Positions 1 through 10,035 of a stretch of DNA of 64,000 nucleotides are shown here, piece after piece. The DNA is from a virus: IMG/VR virus record IMGVR_UViG_3300032236_000656, positions 8,694 to 72,693 of that record; one strand, given 5' to 3'. A program made the translations under genes and the position numbers. The notes under the pieces are model-generated. The model did not search any database, was not told where the DNA came from, and saw only the letters and a list, made by a program, of their open reading frames with translations. The stretch's first letter is position 1. Each line of letters begins with the position of its first letter.

Positions 1-324
1 CATAGTAATATTTTAGTTACTGATATGGAATTTGGCGAACGAGTAACTTCAGGGGGAGTAATTCTTCCTGGAGACGATAAGGAAGAACGTGGCATTCGAC
101 CTCGTTGGTGTCGAGTTTTGGCAGTAGGACATAAAAACAAAGATGTTAATAAGGACGAATGGATCTATGTTGCTCATGGTCGTTGGACTCGCGGAATTGA
201 TTTAACTAACGATGACGGCGAATCAATTACAGTAAGAATGGTTGATCCCAAAGATGTACTACTGGTATCGCAAGATTTACCAGTTGATGATTATGTCGCT
301 CCCATGTATCATAAGCGTGATTAA
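1..324 (+). CDS. groES: Co-chaperonin GroES-like (5'-truncated by window edge)
   Basis: Frame open from base 1 (HSNILVTDMEFGERVTSGGVILPG...VLAVG); the TSGG-IL mobile loop and VLAVG are GroES hallmarks. Confidence 0.8.
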   Translation, partial: HSNILVTDMEFGERVTSGGVILPGDDKEERGIRPRWCRVLAVGHKNKDVNKDEWIYVAHGRWTRGIDLTNDDGESITVRMVDPKDVLLVSQDLPVDDYVAPMYHKRD

Positions 325-353
325 TTGACTTTATTAAAATTTTGTTGTATTCT
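325..353 (+). promoter_or_regulatory. sigma70-type promoter
   Basis: TTGACT-17 nt-TATTCT upstream of the clamp loader gene. Confidence 0.5.
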
Positions 354-370
354 AATGCTAGAGGTTGAAA

Positions 371-1303
371 ATGGCAATTGATAAGTTATGGGTTGAAAAG
401 TATAGGCCCGCAAGCATTAATGATTACGTATGGCGAGATGAGGCACAACGTCTCCAAGTAATGGAATGGATCAAAAATAAGTCCATTCCTCATATCATTT
501 TAAGTGGAAGTCCAGGAACAGGCAAAACTACGTTGGCTAAGGTACTAGTCAATGAACTAAATGTTGACGATTATGACTTCATGCAGATCAATGCCAGTCG
601 TGATAATGGTGTGGATTTTCTTAAAGATAAAATCGAAGGCTTTGTTAGAACAATGCCATTTGGTGATTTCAAAGTAGTTCTACTGGATGAAGCAGATTAC
701 TTAACACACAATGCACAAGCAATTATGCGTGGATTGTTAGAAACGTATGCTTCATCTGCTAGATTCATTCTAACTTGTAATTCTCCAAACAAAATTATTG
801 CTGCATTACACAGTAGATGCCAAGGATTTCATATTGAAAAACTAGACAGAGTTGAATTTACTGCAAGAGTTGCAACAGTTCTAGTAGAAGAGAATGTTGT
901 CTTTGATCTTGATGTATTAGACAATTATGTCAGTGCAACTTATCCAGACTTACGTAAGTGTTTGAATAGCCTACAGATGGCTTGTGTAAATGGTGAACTA
1001 CAAAATCCATCCTCAGATAGTAATTCAGTTGACGACTATAGAATCAAAGCAGTTGAATTGTTTAAAACAGGCAAAGTTAGAGATGCAAGAAAATTAATTT
1101 GCAGTCAAATTCGTGCAGATGATGTGGACGAACTATTTCGTTGGATGTATGATAACATTGAACTGTGGGGTAAAACTGAGGAACAACAAGACAAAGCAAT
1201 TACTATTATTCGTAATGGTCTTGTAAATCACAGCATGGTAGCAGATGTTGAGATTAATCTTTCTGCTACATTTATTGAATTATCGGAAATTACAAATGTC
1301 TAA
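371..1303 (+). CDS. Clamp loader (RFC small subunit / gp44-like AAA+)
   Basis: WVEKYRP, Walker A GSPGTGKTT, INASRD, Walker B LLDEAD, SRC motif. Confidence 0.92.
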   Translation: MAIDKLWVEKYRPASINDYVWRDEAQRLQVMEWIKNKSIPHIILSGSPGTGKTTLAKVLVNELNVDDYDFMQINASRDNGVDFLKDKIEGFVRTMPFGDFKVVLLDEADYLTHNAQAIMRGLLETYASSARFILTCNSPNKIIAALHSRCQGFHIEKLDRVEFTARVATVLVEENVVFDLDVLDNYVSATYPDLRKCLNSLQMACVNGELQNPSSDSNSVDDYRIKAVELFKTGKVRDARKLICSQIRADDVDELFRWMYDNIELWGKTEEQQDKAITIIRNGLVNHSMVADVEINLSATFIELSEITNV

Positions 1304-1574
1304 TAGAATGTTTATGGTTGTAAAGCATATTAAGGTCTTGCGTAATTCTAGCAGACCACAAGAAGGATTTATTGATAATGAATCATTCCACATCACTAAG
1401 AACATAAAGAAGAAAGATTTGACTGAAGCAAGTATTATTCTTGATATTCCAAATCAAAAGATTGTTAAGAATAGATTCAGTGAACGTACTTTTGACGATC
1501 TTTTCAAGTATATGTCTGAACATTATAGCGACTACATTAATAAGTGGTTACGTTCTAATACTAATGTCAGTTAA
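1296..1574 (+). CDS. Hypothetical protein
   Basis: ATG at 1296 overlaps the upstream stop; operon packing. Confidence 0.6.
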   Translation: MSNRMFMVVKHIKVLRNSSRPQEGFIDNESFHITKNIKKKDLTEASIILDIPNQKIVKNRFSERTFDDLFKYMSEHYSDYINKWLRSNTNVS

Positions 1575-1923
1575 AGGTAATCGATTGGCGAGTTTTAGTG
1601 AATATTTTGCAGACAATTTTCCTAAACCTCGCAAGCATAAGTTCACAGATAAACAAAAGAAACTGTTACGTCCAATTGCAGAAGTAATTGCACTTATGGA
1701 TGGCAATGGTTTCTTTGGTATTAGTAGCGATGAGAATGGAGAAGATATTTGGTATGAACAGTATCTTCCCGAAGCATATGTAATCTATAAAGAAAATGGA
1801 GGCGACAAGGGGTGGGCTAGTGCTGTCAGTTGGATACAAGAATCCAAGCATGAAAATGCCTCAGTGCGTGATGCGTATCAGCACTGGCAACTTCTTAAAA
1901 TATTAGCAAGAAAAACACTGTAG
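1564..1923 (+). CDS. Hypothetical protein
   Basis: ATG at 1564 overlaps the previous gene end. Confidence 0.6.
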   Translation: MSVKGNRLASFSEYFADNFPKPRKHKFTDKQKKLLRPIAEVIALMDGNGFFGISSDENGEDIWYEQYLPEAYVIYKENGGDKGWASAVSWIQESKHENASVRDAYQHWQLLKILARKTL

Positions 1924-1947
1924 GGCGCCCTACAGTTAATTTTTATT
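1911..1947. terminator. Bidirectional intrinsic terminator
   Basis: Perfect 20-bp palindrome ACTGTAGGGCGCCCTACAGT (1917-1936) flanked by A/T tracts, between convergent genes. Confidence 0.7.
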
Positions 1948-2668
1948 CGCCGTAAATGTTTAGAATTTCTTCAACAGCAGGATGACGTTCAATGTCTTTG
2001 TTATTAAACAAGATTGAACTTACATATTTGCTGTTTTCAAATTCTGCTAACAATTTTCTAAAATCTAATAGACCGTTTTCACCTTCCTTTCTATCAGTTT
2101 GACGAACATCGCCTGTTACTAAGATACGACTATTCTCACCTATACGAGTCAGTAGCATCTTCATTTGATTGGGTGTTGCGTTCTGCATTTCATCTGCAAT
2201 TATGTAGCAGTTTTTGAATGTACGACCACGCATGAATGCCAATGGGCAAATTTCAATTATGTCATTTTCTAACATAGATTGAGTATCACGCGGTGTGTAA
2301 TATTCATGCAACACATCGAAGAGCGGCTTAGTCCATGGTTCCATCTTTTGTTGAAGAGTACCTGGCAAGAAACCGTGCTTCTCATCTTCTACGCCTACTG
2401 CTGGGCGAGTAAGTATTATTTTTGTTATCTGGCGTTCTTTCAGTGCTTTAATAGCTGCCATCATGGCCAGCAGAGTTTTGCCTGTTCCAGCGGGTCCAGT
2501 TGCTATAATAATACTTTTCTTAGAGTCTAGTAGTAGGCTTAGATAATGTTCTTGATTTAAGTTTCGAGGAATAATTTCAACTCGATTCTTTTTTTGAGGA
2601 TTTTGTAAGTAGGGTTCAATATGTGTGACGTTGCTGATAAACTTTTCCTTGTGTTTACGCTTTTGCAT
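1943..2668 (-). CDS. phoH: PhoH-family ATPase
   Basis: GPAGTGKT, ILTRPAV, GFLPG, PLAFMRGRTF, DEMQN, TRIG, GDVRQTD, RHP motifs. Confidence 0.95.
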   Translation of the reverse strand: MQKRKHKEKFISNVTHIEPYLQNPQKKNRVEIIPRNLNQEHYLSLLLDSKKSIIIATGPAGTGKTLLAMMAAIKALKERQITKIILTRPAVGVEDEKHGFLPGTLQQKMEPWTKPLFDVLHEYYTPRDTQSMLENDIIEICPLAFMRGRTFKNCYIIADEMQNATPNQMKMLLTRIGENSRILVTGDVRQTDRKEGENGLLDFRKLLAEFENSKYVSSILFNNKDIERHPAVEEILNIYGE

Positions 2669-2808
2669 ATATTTGTGTTCTCCCGGAGCGTTGTTGAATG
2701 TTGTTGCTCAAAATTATTTAAGTACTTGTTCAAAAGAGTTATCAATACACATATCTTTTGACTCGAACGGCATAATTTATATTACTTGATTGTTATCGTG
2801 CTACATGG

Positions 2809-2815
2809 ATAAATA
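2809..2815 (+). promoter_or_regulatory. T4-like late promoter (ATAAATA)
   Basis: Same motif recurs in intergenic gaps ahead of many structural genes. Confidence 0.55.
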
Positions 2816-2822
2816 TTATACC

Positions 2823-3425
2823 ATGGCAGATATCATTGACAACGTAAAAAATATTAAGAAGATTTATATGAGCGATTCCAGTCTTGGGATGCTTATGGAT
2901 TTCGAGCGTGTACTCGATAGCATGGATCTTTATGCTTTTCCAAATTGGATTTATGGAGAATTAGTTGAAGGTCCTACCGTTAACAAATATTGGGTAAAAT
3001 GCAAATTTATGTGGCCTGAGAATCTTATGCCCGATCCCAGTGGTGCGAAACGATTATTGCCATATGGCGCAAAGATTACCTATCAGAGAGACACTGTCAG
3101 AATTCCCATAAAAATTAATAGTCCCAACGATTATCGTGATGGCAGTAAAAAAGGTAAACTTGTAGAAGCCAAAGTTTGGTACGTTGATATTATGATGCCA
3201 AAGAATTTGATGGCTGATATTAAGCAGGGTTCAGTTGAAATTGCAGGTGAAGATATTGATCTAAGTGATCTACAGAGTGCTTACGAAAAAGACCTAGATC
3301 AGAAGTCAATAACTCAACAAGATTCTGAAGCAGCAATTAATTCAGCGACTGCACAGGCAACTCCTGGCGGAGCACAACAGCAAACAGCACCTGCAGGAGG
3401 AGCACCCAATGCGCCAACTTTCTGA
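2823..3425 (+). CDS. Hypothetical phage protein
   Basis: Long ORF after a late-promoter motif; Ala/Gln/Pro-rich tail. Confidence 0.7.
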   Translation: MADIIDNVKNIKKIYMSDSSLGMLMDFERVLDSMDLYAFPNWIYGELVEGPTVNKYWVKCKFMWPENLMPDPSGAKRLLPYGAKITYQRDTVRIPIKINSPNDYRDGSKKGKLVEAKVWYVDIMMPKNLMADIKQGSVEIAGEDIDLSDLQSAYEKDLDQKSITQQDSEAAINSATAQATPGGAQQQTAPAGGAPNAPTF

Positions 3426-3927
3426 AGGTCTTAATAAAGAAGATTTAATCTACCTTGTTGGCGATAAAATTCACTTTGATGAATATGAAAGCAAGATGGG
3501 TGAGAATCAAGATGTTATAACTGCTAGTTTTAAGATTAAGCAGCGTATGCCTGCACAGGATTTAGTCAGTTTCATTGAAAATGGATACGAATGGGTACTT
3601 GATGCTGATGTTAGCAGTGGTGAAGTTCACGATGGTGAATTTTTAGTGTTTGTTGAAATGCCTCGTCAAGAAGGTATATTTGAAAATATGATGGAGTTGC
3701 TGTCTGATTTACAACATTTAACTGATATTAAATTAACTGAATGGAAGTTTAAATGGTACAAGCAAAAAGATTATCATCCATTAGATGAAGAAACTATTTC
3801 GCAGTTTGTGCCGACTAGTCCTGAAAAATACAAAGAGTTTACCGAACAGTTTAAGCCTTTTGTTAAAAATCAAGAAGCACTTAGCGATGAATTAGCACAA
3901 ATTAAAAAATTAAGTGGAATAGGATAA
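3409..3927 (+). CDS. Hypothetical protein, possibly head-associated
   Basis: SD GGAGG; N-terminal MRQLSEG, C-terminal DELAQIKKLSGIG. Confidence 0.65.
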   Translation: MRQLSEGLNKEDLIYLVGDKIHFDEYESKMGENQDVITASFKIKQRMPAQDLVSFIENGYEWVLDADVSSGEVHDGEFLVFVEMPRQEGIFENMMELLSDLQHLTDIKLTEWKFKWYKQKDYHPLDEETISQFVPTSPEKYKEFTEQFKPFVKNQEALSDELAQIKKLSGIG

Positions 3928-3931
3928 TCAA

Positions 3932-4330
3932 ATGTTTGGAGGCGGTATGTACAAAATTATAGCAATAATACTTGTAGTACTTGCTGCTGTTGGGTATTTT
4001 AAATATACTCAAGATAAAATAGCAGAACTTAATCAAACAGTAGCCACTAAGGAATTTGCATTGCAAACTGCTACTGCAACTATTGCTCAACAACAAGAAG
4101 ATTTAAAACGCCAAGGCGAAATATTACAAAAAACAAGTAAAGATTTTGAAGATGCTCGTGCTGCCGTTAACGAACTTGAAGATAAGTTTCGCAAGGACGG
4201 CAGAGATTTAGATAAGTTTGCCACAGCAAAACCTGGAGAAGTTCAAACTAGAGCCAATGCAGCAACTAAAAAAGTATTCCGTTGCATTGAGAACCAAATC
4301 AATAAAGGAAAGCAGGATGAAAGTTGCTAA
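3932..4330 (+). CDS. Inner-membrane spanin (Rz-like)
   Basis: N-terminal TM helix, coiled coil, C-terminal Cys; overlaps a lipoprotein gene. Confidence 0.7.
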   Translation: MFGGGMYKIIAIILVVLAAVGYFKYTQDKIAELNQTVATKEFALQTATATIAQQQEDLKRQGEILQKTSKDFEDARAAVNELEDKFRKDGRDLDKFATAKPGEVQTRANAATKKVFRCIENQINKGKQDESC

Positions 4331-4709
4331 ATTATTTGCCAGTTTTATTCTGGTAACAGCATTAGCAGGGTGTGCAGGAACACCCGCTCCAACTACTGCA
4401 ATCGTACAAGTTGATAAGCCTGCTATGATGTTACCTAATGTAGATCAAGTGCGTCTTAAAGATGTAGAATGGCATGTCATAACACGAGATGCAAAACTAG
4501 GAACTGATGGTCATATCGATAATGTATGGAAAAAAGCAACTAAAGATAGTTTATTTGCTGTTACAAGTACAGGATATGAAAATATGAGTTTGAATATGGC
4601 TGAAATGACAAGAGTCATTAGGCAAATGCAGGCACAAGTGCAGGCATACAAAGATTACTATCAAAAAGAACCAGCACCTAAGGAAGACCCAAATGGCCAA
4701 AAAAAGTAA
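4317..4709 (+). CDS. Outer-membrane spanin lipoprotein (Rz1-like)
   Basis: MKVAKLFASFILVTALAG-C lipobox; overlaps the i-spanin end. Confidence 0.7.
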   Translation: MKVAKLFASFILVTALAGCAGTPAPTTAIVQVDKPAMMLPNVDQVRLKDVEWHVITRDAKLGTDGHIDNVWKKATKDSLFAVTSTGYENMSLNMAEMTRVIRQMQAQVQAYKDYYQKEPAPKEDPNGQKK

Positions 4710-5298
4710 TAAAGGTGTAGAGGATATTGATCCAGATCTCGTAGCCCCAAAGATGGCTATGGACGAAGTTGATGCGCTGCATAGCAACGATCCTCTACCA
4801 CCACCTCCTCCTCCCCCACCACCAATGCCTGATATGGCTCCACCACCTCCCCCTATGCCAATGATGGCAGCGCCTACTCCTTTACCAGTTGCGCCTCCTC
4901 CGCCGCCCCCGTCATTTGGCAGCACACCATCATTTGGTGCTGCGCCATCTGGACCTGCTCAACCACAAAGCAGTTATCAGCAACAAGTAAATGCAGATAT
5001 TGATAAAGCAATTATTACTCAGCAATTAGAAAAAGAAAATGAGCACTGGGCAAAGGCATTTTGGCGTCCTGCAATGGGATGGCTATATATGGTCATTTGT
5101 TTCATGGACTTTGTTGGATTTCCATTACTAACTATTTTCCTACCTGTAATTTTTAAACCATTTGGATTCACTGTTCCATATCAGACATGGACCAGTTTAA
5201 CTCTTTCAAATGGCGGCCTAATACATTTAGCATTTGGTGCTATATTAGGCGTAAGCGCATTTACAAGAGGACAAGAAAAAATGTCAGGGAAAGTATAA
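4693..5298 (+). CDS. Holin-like membrane protein (GTA 3TM holin-like) with polyproline N-terminus
   Basis: WRPAMGWLY...LAFGAILGVSAFTRGQEK hydrophobic C-terminal half; lies next to the spanins. Confidence 0.6.
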   Translation: MAKKSNKGVEDIDPDLVAPKMAMDEVDALHSNDPLPPPPPPPPPMPDMAPPPPPMPMMAAPTPLPVAPPPPPPSFGSTPSFGAAPSGPAQPQSSYQQQVNADIDKAIITQQLEKENEHWAKAFWRPAMGWLYMVICFMDFVGFPLLTIFLPVIFKPFGFTVPYQTWTSLTLSNGGLIHLAFGAILGVSAFTRGQEKMSGKV

Positions 5299-5313
5299 GT
5301 CATAAATTAGTGT

Positions 5314-6141
5314 ATGACACATTATGCAACACTGGGAGTAGCAGATTCTGCTACTCCTGAAGAAATCAAATCTGCTTATAGAAAATTAGCAAAACAACAT
5401 CATCCCGATTTAGGAGGAGATGTTACAAAATTTCAACAAATCAGTGAAGCATATGAAACACTGAATGATGCTGATAAACGTGCTCACTATGATCACCAAT
5501 TAAGAAATCCGCAACCTCAGTTTCATCATAATCCTCATGATATATTCAATGATATCAATGACCATTTTAGTCAAATGTTTGGATTTAATTTTCGTCATGC
5601 ACAACAGGTTCCACGCAATCGTAATATAAGAATTCAGTTAACTTTAGATTTCTTAGAAACATTAGATGTATGTCAAAAGACTATCGAATTTAATTTAAGT
5701 AATGGCACGGAAAGAATTACATTAGATTTGCCTGCAGGCATAAGCGATCAAACAGTATTGCAAATGGCTGGTAGAGGCGACAATGCTATTCAATCAGTTC
5801 CAAGAGGTACATTAGAAATAGTAGTTAAGGTAACACCCCATCCTAAGTTTACTAGAATAGAAGATCATATTATTACTGATGTCACAATAGATTGTTTTCA
5901 AGCAATTGTTGGAACTGAAGTTGATATTACAACACCAAGAAATAGAAGAATAAGATTGAATATTCCTACCGGAACTCAAAACGGAACACAATTTGGAATA
6001 ACTGATGAAGGTTTTGCTCGGTTCAATAAAACTATGGGAAAACTTATTGTAAAGGTAAGTGTATTGATTCCCACTGCATTAACATCTGATCAAATTAATT
6101 TAGTACAACAGATTCAGTCGCTGCGGCCGGTAAATACTTGA
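5314..6141 (+). CDS. dnaJ: DnaJ/CbpA-type co-chaperone
   Basis: J-domain with HPD motif, C-terminal DnaJ domain, no Zn finger. Confidence 0.9.
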   Translation: MTHYATLGVADSATPEEIKSAYRKLAKQHHPDLGGDVTKFQQISEAYETLNDADKRAHYDHQLRNPQPQFHHNPHDIFNDINDHFSQMFGFNFRHAQQVPRNRNIRIQLTLDFLETLDVCQKTIEFNLSNGTERITLDLPAGISDQTVLQMAGRGDNAIQSVPRGTLEIVVKVTPHPKFTRIEDHIITDVTIDCFQAIVGTEVDITTPRNRRIRLNIPTGTQNGTQFGITDEGFARFNKTMGKLIVKVSVLIPTALTSDQINLVQQIQSLRPVNT

Positions 6142-6166
6142 CACAATGCTTATGCATTGCTATATT
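6138..6166 (+). promoter_or_regulatory. sigma70-type promoter with extended -10
   Basis: TTGACA-17 nt-TATATT, with TG at the extended -10 position. Confidence 0.7.
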
Positions 6167-6171
6167 TGTAA

Positions 6172-8415
6172 GTGATGAAACAGATTTATAGTTCAAACGG
6201 CGATATAGATAAAATTGTAAAAGCTGCTCGCGAGTATGCTAAAGAATTCAATCATGAATATTTCATGGTTGAGCACCTACTACTCAGTTTAGTACATGAA
6301 CGTCATTTTAATAGTTTGTTAGATGAACTGGGTGTACAAACTAGTCTCTTAATTGAAGAAATCGAAGCATATCTATTAACAATTAATGTATATGCTAACG
6401 AAGATGTGCAGGACGATTTAAAGAAAACCGCCAGTTTAGAACGTGTTTTCAATCGTGCTTTTACTCAAGTAATTTTTAGTGGCAGAAAACAAATCAATTT
6501 GATTGATCTGTATCTAAGTATTACTAACGAAACACACAGCCATGCTGCTCATTTCCTACAGAAATATGGTGTAGAGAAGGAAGAGGTTGTAAAGAGTTGG
6601 ACTAAGCAGCGTAAGGGCAAAACTAATAAGAGTTATGCCGAAAAAGTTCTCGAAAATTATTGTACGAATATGATGACTCTTGCTGGTGAAGGACGTATAG
6701 ATCCTGTTATCGGCAGAGATATGGAAATTCATGATCTTGTACAGATTCTAGCAAGGAAGAATAAGAGCAATGTTCTATTGGTCGGCGACGCTGGCGTTGG
6801 TAAGACTGCTATCGCAGAGGGCTTAGTATTAAAAATTGTTGATGACGATGTACCAGAATTCTTAAAGGGTTGGAAGGTATACAGTCTTAATATTGGGCAG
6901 TTACTTGCTGGCACAAAGTATCGTGGTGAATTTGAAGAAAGATTACAAGAAATTCTAACTGCTGCTCAAGACATGAAGAATGTTATTCTCTTCATTGATG
7001 AAGCACATCAGATGCGTGGTGCCGGCGGCGGCAATAATAGTGCTGTTGATTTGGCCAATATGATTAAGCCTGCACTTGCTCGTGGCGAGATCAAAGTAAT
7101 TGCATCCACAACTTGGGAAGAATACACTCAGAATTTCGAAAAAGATCGTGCATTAATGCGTCGATTTAATAGAATTTCAGTTGACGAACCTAGTGCTGCT
7201 GTTGCCATTCAAATTTTAGAAGGTATTCGTGACAATTACGAAGGCTTTCATAATGTTGAAATTACTGATGCAGCAATTAAAGCCGCAGTTGAATTAAGTA
7301 TTCGTTTCCAAAACGACAAGAAGTTGCCAGATAAGGCAATTGACTTAATCGACAGTGCGGCTGCGTTGAAGCGCAGTACTGATGCAGTTGATCGTCTAAT
7401 CGATGTTGTACAGATTCAACGTGAGATTAGTCGTATGACAGGTATTCCTGTTAACCAAATGGAAGAACAAAAGAACAGTGTTGATATTTCAACAGTTGAG
7501 ACTGATATTAAGCATCGTGTTTATGGTCAGGATACTGCTGTTGATCAAATATTAGATCGAGTATGGGTCAACCGTGCCGGTCTTAAGAGTAATAATCGCC
7601 CAGTTGGTGCTTTCCTCCTACTTGGTCCAACTGGCACAGGTAAAACAGAACTTGCTAAGACACTAAGCGAAAGACTTAGTATGAAGTTTATTCGCTTTGA
7701 TATGAGTGAATACGGCGAGCGACATAGTGTTAGCCGTTTGATTGGTGCACCTCCTGGCTACGTTGGCTATGAGGATGCTAACTTGGCTGGTGGTCTGCTC
7801 ATAAGTGAGGTTGCTAAGAATCCTCATGCCGTTATCTTGTTTGATGAGATAGAAAAAGCACATCCGGAAGTGGTCCAGATTCTGCTACAGATTATGGACG
7901 AGGGGTTTGTAACGGGCTCTAACGGCAAGCGAGCAGACTGCCGCCAAGCAATTATTCTATTAACAAGTAATTTAGGTGCTGCTGATAACGAACGTAATCG
8001 TATTGGATTTAGTTCGCTTGAACGTACAGGAGAAGATGATGCTGCTGTTAAGGAATTCTTCCGTCCTGAATTTAGAAATCGTTTAGATGCAGTTATTAAA
8101 TTCAATAAACTTAATAAAGAAACTATTAAGAAAGTTGCAGGCAAATTCATTGCTGAAATGCAAACTCAACTAATTGACAAGGATATGTCAGTTGAGTTAG
8201 ATGAAACTGCTTGGGAGTATCTTATTAAGAATGGCTATGATCCACAAATGGGTGCAAGGCCAATGGCAAGACTGATACATGAGAAAATTAAAGTTCCTCT
8301 GGCTAAGAAAATACTGTTTGACAACTTGTCTAACGGTGTTATAATTAAGGTCAGCGCCGTTGGCGACGAAGTGGAGCTGTCAGTTGGACAAGAATCAATA
8401 CCTACAGAAGTTTAA
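6172..8415 (+). CDS. clpA: ATP-dependent Clp protease ATPase ClpA
   Basis: Clp N domain, two AAA+ modules (GDAGVGKT; GPTGTGKT), GAPPGYVG pore loop, IGF loop, no ClpB M-domain. Confidence 0.92.
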   Translation: MMKQIYSSNGDIDKIVKAAREYAKEFNHEYFMVEHLLLSLVHERHFNSLLDELGVQTSLLIEEIEAYLLTINVYANEDVQDDLKKTASLERVFNRAFTQVIFSGRKQINLIDLYLSITNETHSHAAHFLQKYGVEKEEVVKSWTKQRKGKTNKSYAEKVLENYCTNMMTLAGEGRIDPVIGRDMEIHDLVQILARKNKSNVLLVGDAGVGKTAIAEGLVLKIVDDDVPEFLKGWKVYSLNIGQLLAGTKYRGEFEERLQEILTAAQDMKNVILFIDEAHQMRGAGGGNNSAVDLANMIKPALARGEIKVIASTTWEEYTQNFEKDRALMRRFNRISVDEPSAAVAIQILEGIRDNYEGFHNVEITDAAIKAAVELSIRFQNDKKLPDKAIDLIDSAAALKRSTDAVDRLIDVVQIQREISRMTGIPVNQMEEQKNSVDISTVETDIKHRVYGQDTAVDQILDRVWVNRAGLKSNNRPVGAFLLLGPTGTGKTELAKTLSERLSMKFIRFDMSEYGERHSVSRLIGAPPGYVGYEDANLAGGLLISEVAKNPHAVILFDEIEKAHPEVVQILLQIMDEGFVTGSNGKRADCRQAIILLTSNLGAADNERNRIGFSSLERTGEDDAAVKEFFRPEFRNRLDAVIKFNKLNKETIKKVAGKFIAEMQTQLIDKDMSVELDETAWEYLIKNGYDPQMGARPMARLIHEKIKVPLAKKILFDNLSNGVIIKVSAVGDEVELSVGQESIPTEV

Positions 8416-9082
8416 AGACTTAGGTCTCCAAACTTGGCGTATTAGGCAAGTTGATCAAACTTGGTATAAGCAGCGTTTTGAGTGGAAGATTGAGTTTAAC
8501 TTTTCTACCCAAGATAAAAGTTATGGTAGATATATGGTTGATCACCGTTGGGTACAATTGTTGCGTGAATGCGAAGTACTTAATTTTGAATTTCGCAAAC
8601 GTCGTGAAGTGTGGACTACTATCTATACAAGCGACAGCAATTTGATCAATCATATTTTGGATAGAGAAGAATATAGAACTGCGATTGTTAGTTTGGAATA
8701 TACTAATGATCTTTATATAAAAGAGCGCGGCAATCAAACTCAATTGGAAGCCGTCACTGATATCAAGTACGTTAAGCATCCAACTGAATTTTGTTATCAT
8801 GTTTATCTTGGTAATTTTGAATGGGAAGATAATTCTGTTAAACAACCGTTAACAGAATATCTTGCTGCAAATAGTAATGATTTTTTGTTTAAGGGGTATT
8901 ACCAAGAGGTAATAGACCGATGTAAAAAACATGTTGATCTTAGAGACTACTCTGGTAGATATCGTGGGGTATATGATGGTTTTAACTTCTTTGCTAAAAA
9001 CACAGATGATATTCTAATGTTACATATGATCGCCCCCGGCAAGATTCGTAAAATTATTAAACTTATGGAGAAGGTAAATTGA
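8360..9082 (+). CDS. Hypothetical protein
   Basis: 240-aa ORF filling the gap; start uncertain. Confidence 0.6.
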   Translation: MATKWSCQLDKNQYLQKFKDLGLQTWRIRQVDQTWYKQRFEWKIEFNFSTQDKSYGRYMVDHRWVQLLRECEVLNFEFRKRREVWTTIYTSDSNLINHILDREEYRTAIVSLEYTNDLYIKERGNQTQLEAVTDIKYVKHPTEFCYHVYLGNFEWEDNSVKQPLTEYLAANSNDFLFKGYYQEVIDRCKKHVDLRDYSGRYRGVYDGFNFFAKNTDDILMLHMIAPGKIRKIIKLMEKVN

Positions 9083-9417
9083 AAGTAACGCTCGCACAGG
9101 CATTAATCGAACGTGGTATCCTAGCCAATAATAGCCGTATTTGGGCTACTTGCCCAATCTTAGCAATGGGCAATGCACCAACTGAAGCATATATTCCTTT
9201 AACAGTTGATCGCATTGTACACGAAGATGGCACAATTAAGTTTCAAGCAGTTCATACATCCGGGCGTAAGTATAGTATTCCCTGCGAAGAAGTTGATAAG
9301 ATTGACGGGATGGCACCAGAACGACTAGCAGCAGCATATGATATTAAACCAAATGGCAATACTAAGACAGCAGGTAAGAAGCGAGGCCGTAAGCCAAAAG
9401 CATTGCTAGAAGTGTGA
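9079..9417 (+). CDS. Hypothetical protein
   Basis: TTG start coupled to the upstream stop; basic C-terminus. Confidence 0.6.
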   Translation: MKVTLAQALIERGILANNSRIWATCPILAMGNAPTEAYIPLTVDRIVHEDGTIKFQAVHTSGRKYSIPCEEVDKIDGMAPERLAAAYDIKPNGNTKTAGKKRGRKPKALLEV

Positions 9418-9438
9418 TAAATACTTCAGGAGCACAAT

Positions 9439-9603
9439 ATGGCCAAACTTAATTCAGAAACTATAGAAATCAAAATTAGCGAACTGCTGAAGGACAATGC
9501 CGAAGCAGAAATGATGTTAGACAATACTCTAATTGCTCAATTGATTGAGGTTATTGAAACATTGGTTGGTGATAAAAGACTTGTGGAAGTAACACGAAAA
9601 TGA
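9439..9603 (+). CDS. Small hypothetical protein (54 aa, not in the ORF track)
   Basis: ATAAATA (9417) and SD AGGAG, then MAKLNSETIEIKISELLKD...; stop overlaps the next ATG. Confidence 0.7.
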   Translation: MAKLNSETIEIKISELLKDNAEAEMMLDNTLIAQLIEVIETLVGDKRLVEVTRK

Positions 9604-10010
9604 GTATTGTACCAACAGTGATACTTAATCAAACATCATTTGGAGCAGCAAATGGATCAGGTAGTGGTGGTAATCCTCCTACTATTGGCGGGGGCGGCAG
9701 TTATAATGGCACGGACTTAGATTGGTATACTACAGGATATCATGCTAACGGCTATTATGGTTATTCAGACGGTCTACAAACAGTAAGTTATAAATTAACA
9801 AATTTTGTTGGAACTATTGGTGTGCAAGCAACACTTGCCACTAATCCTACATCAGACGATTGGTTTGATGTTCCCAACACACAGATTGGAGATGGTGAAA
9901 CTCCAGTTACAACTTCAACTTATTCTAACTTCATCGGAAGTTTTGTATGGATTAGAATTGCTGTTACCAATTTCACTGCTGGTACTATTAATAAAGTACT
10001 ATATAATTAA
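9600..10010 (+). CDS. Putative virion structural protein
   Basis: Gly/Thr/Asn-rich beta-type composition; late context. Confidence 0.55.
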   Translation: MSIVPTVILNQTSFGAANGSGSGGNPPTIGGGGSYNGTDLDWYTTGYHANGYYGYSDGLQTVSYKLTNFVGTIGVQATLATNPTSDDWFDVPNTQIGDGETPVTTSTYSNFIGSFVWIRIAVTNFTAGTINKVLYN

Positions 10011-10035
10011 AATCAACTAGAAAGAGTTTCAATCA

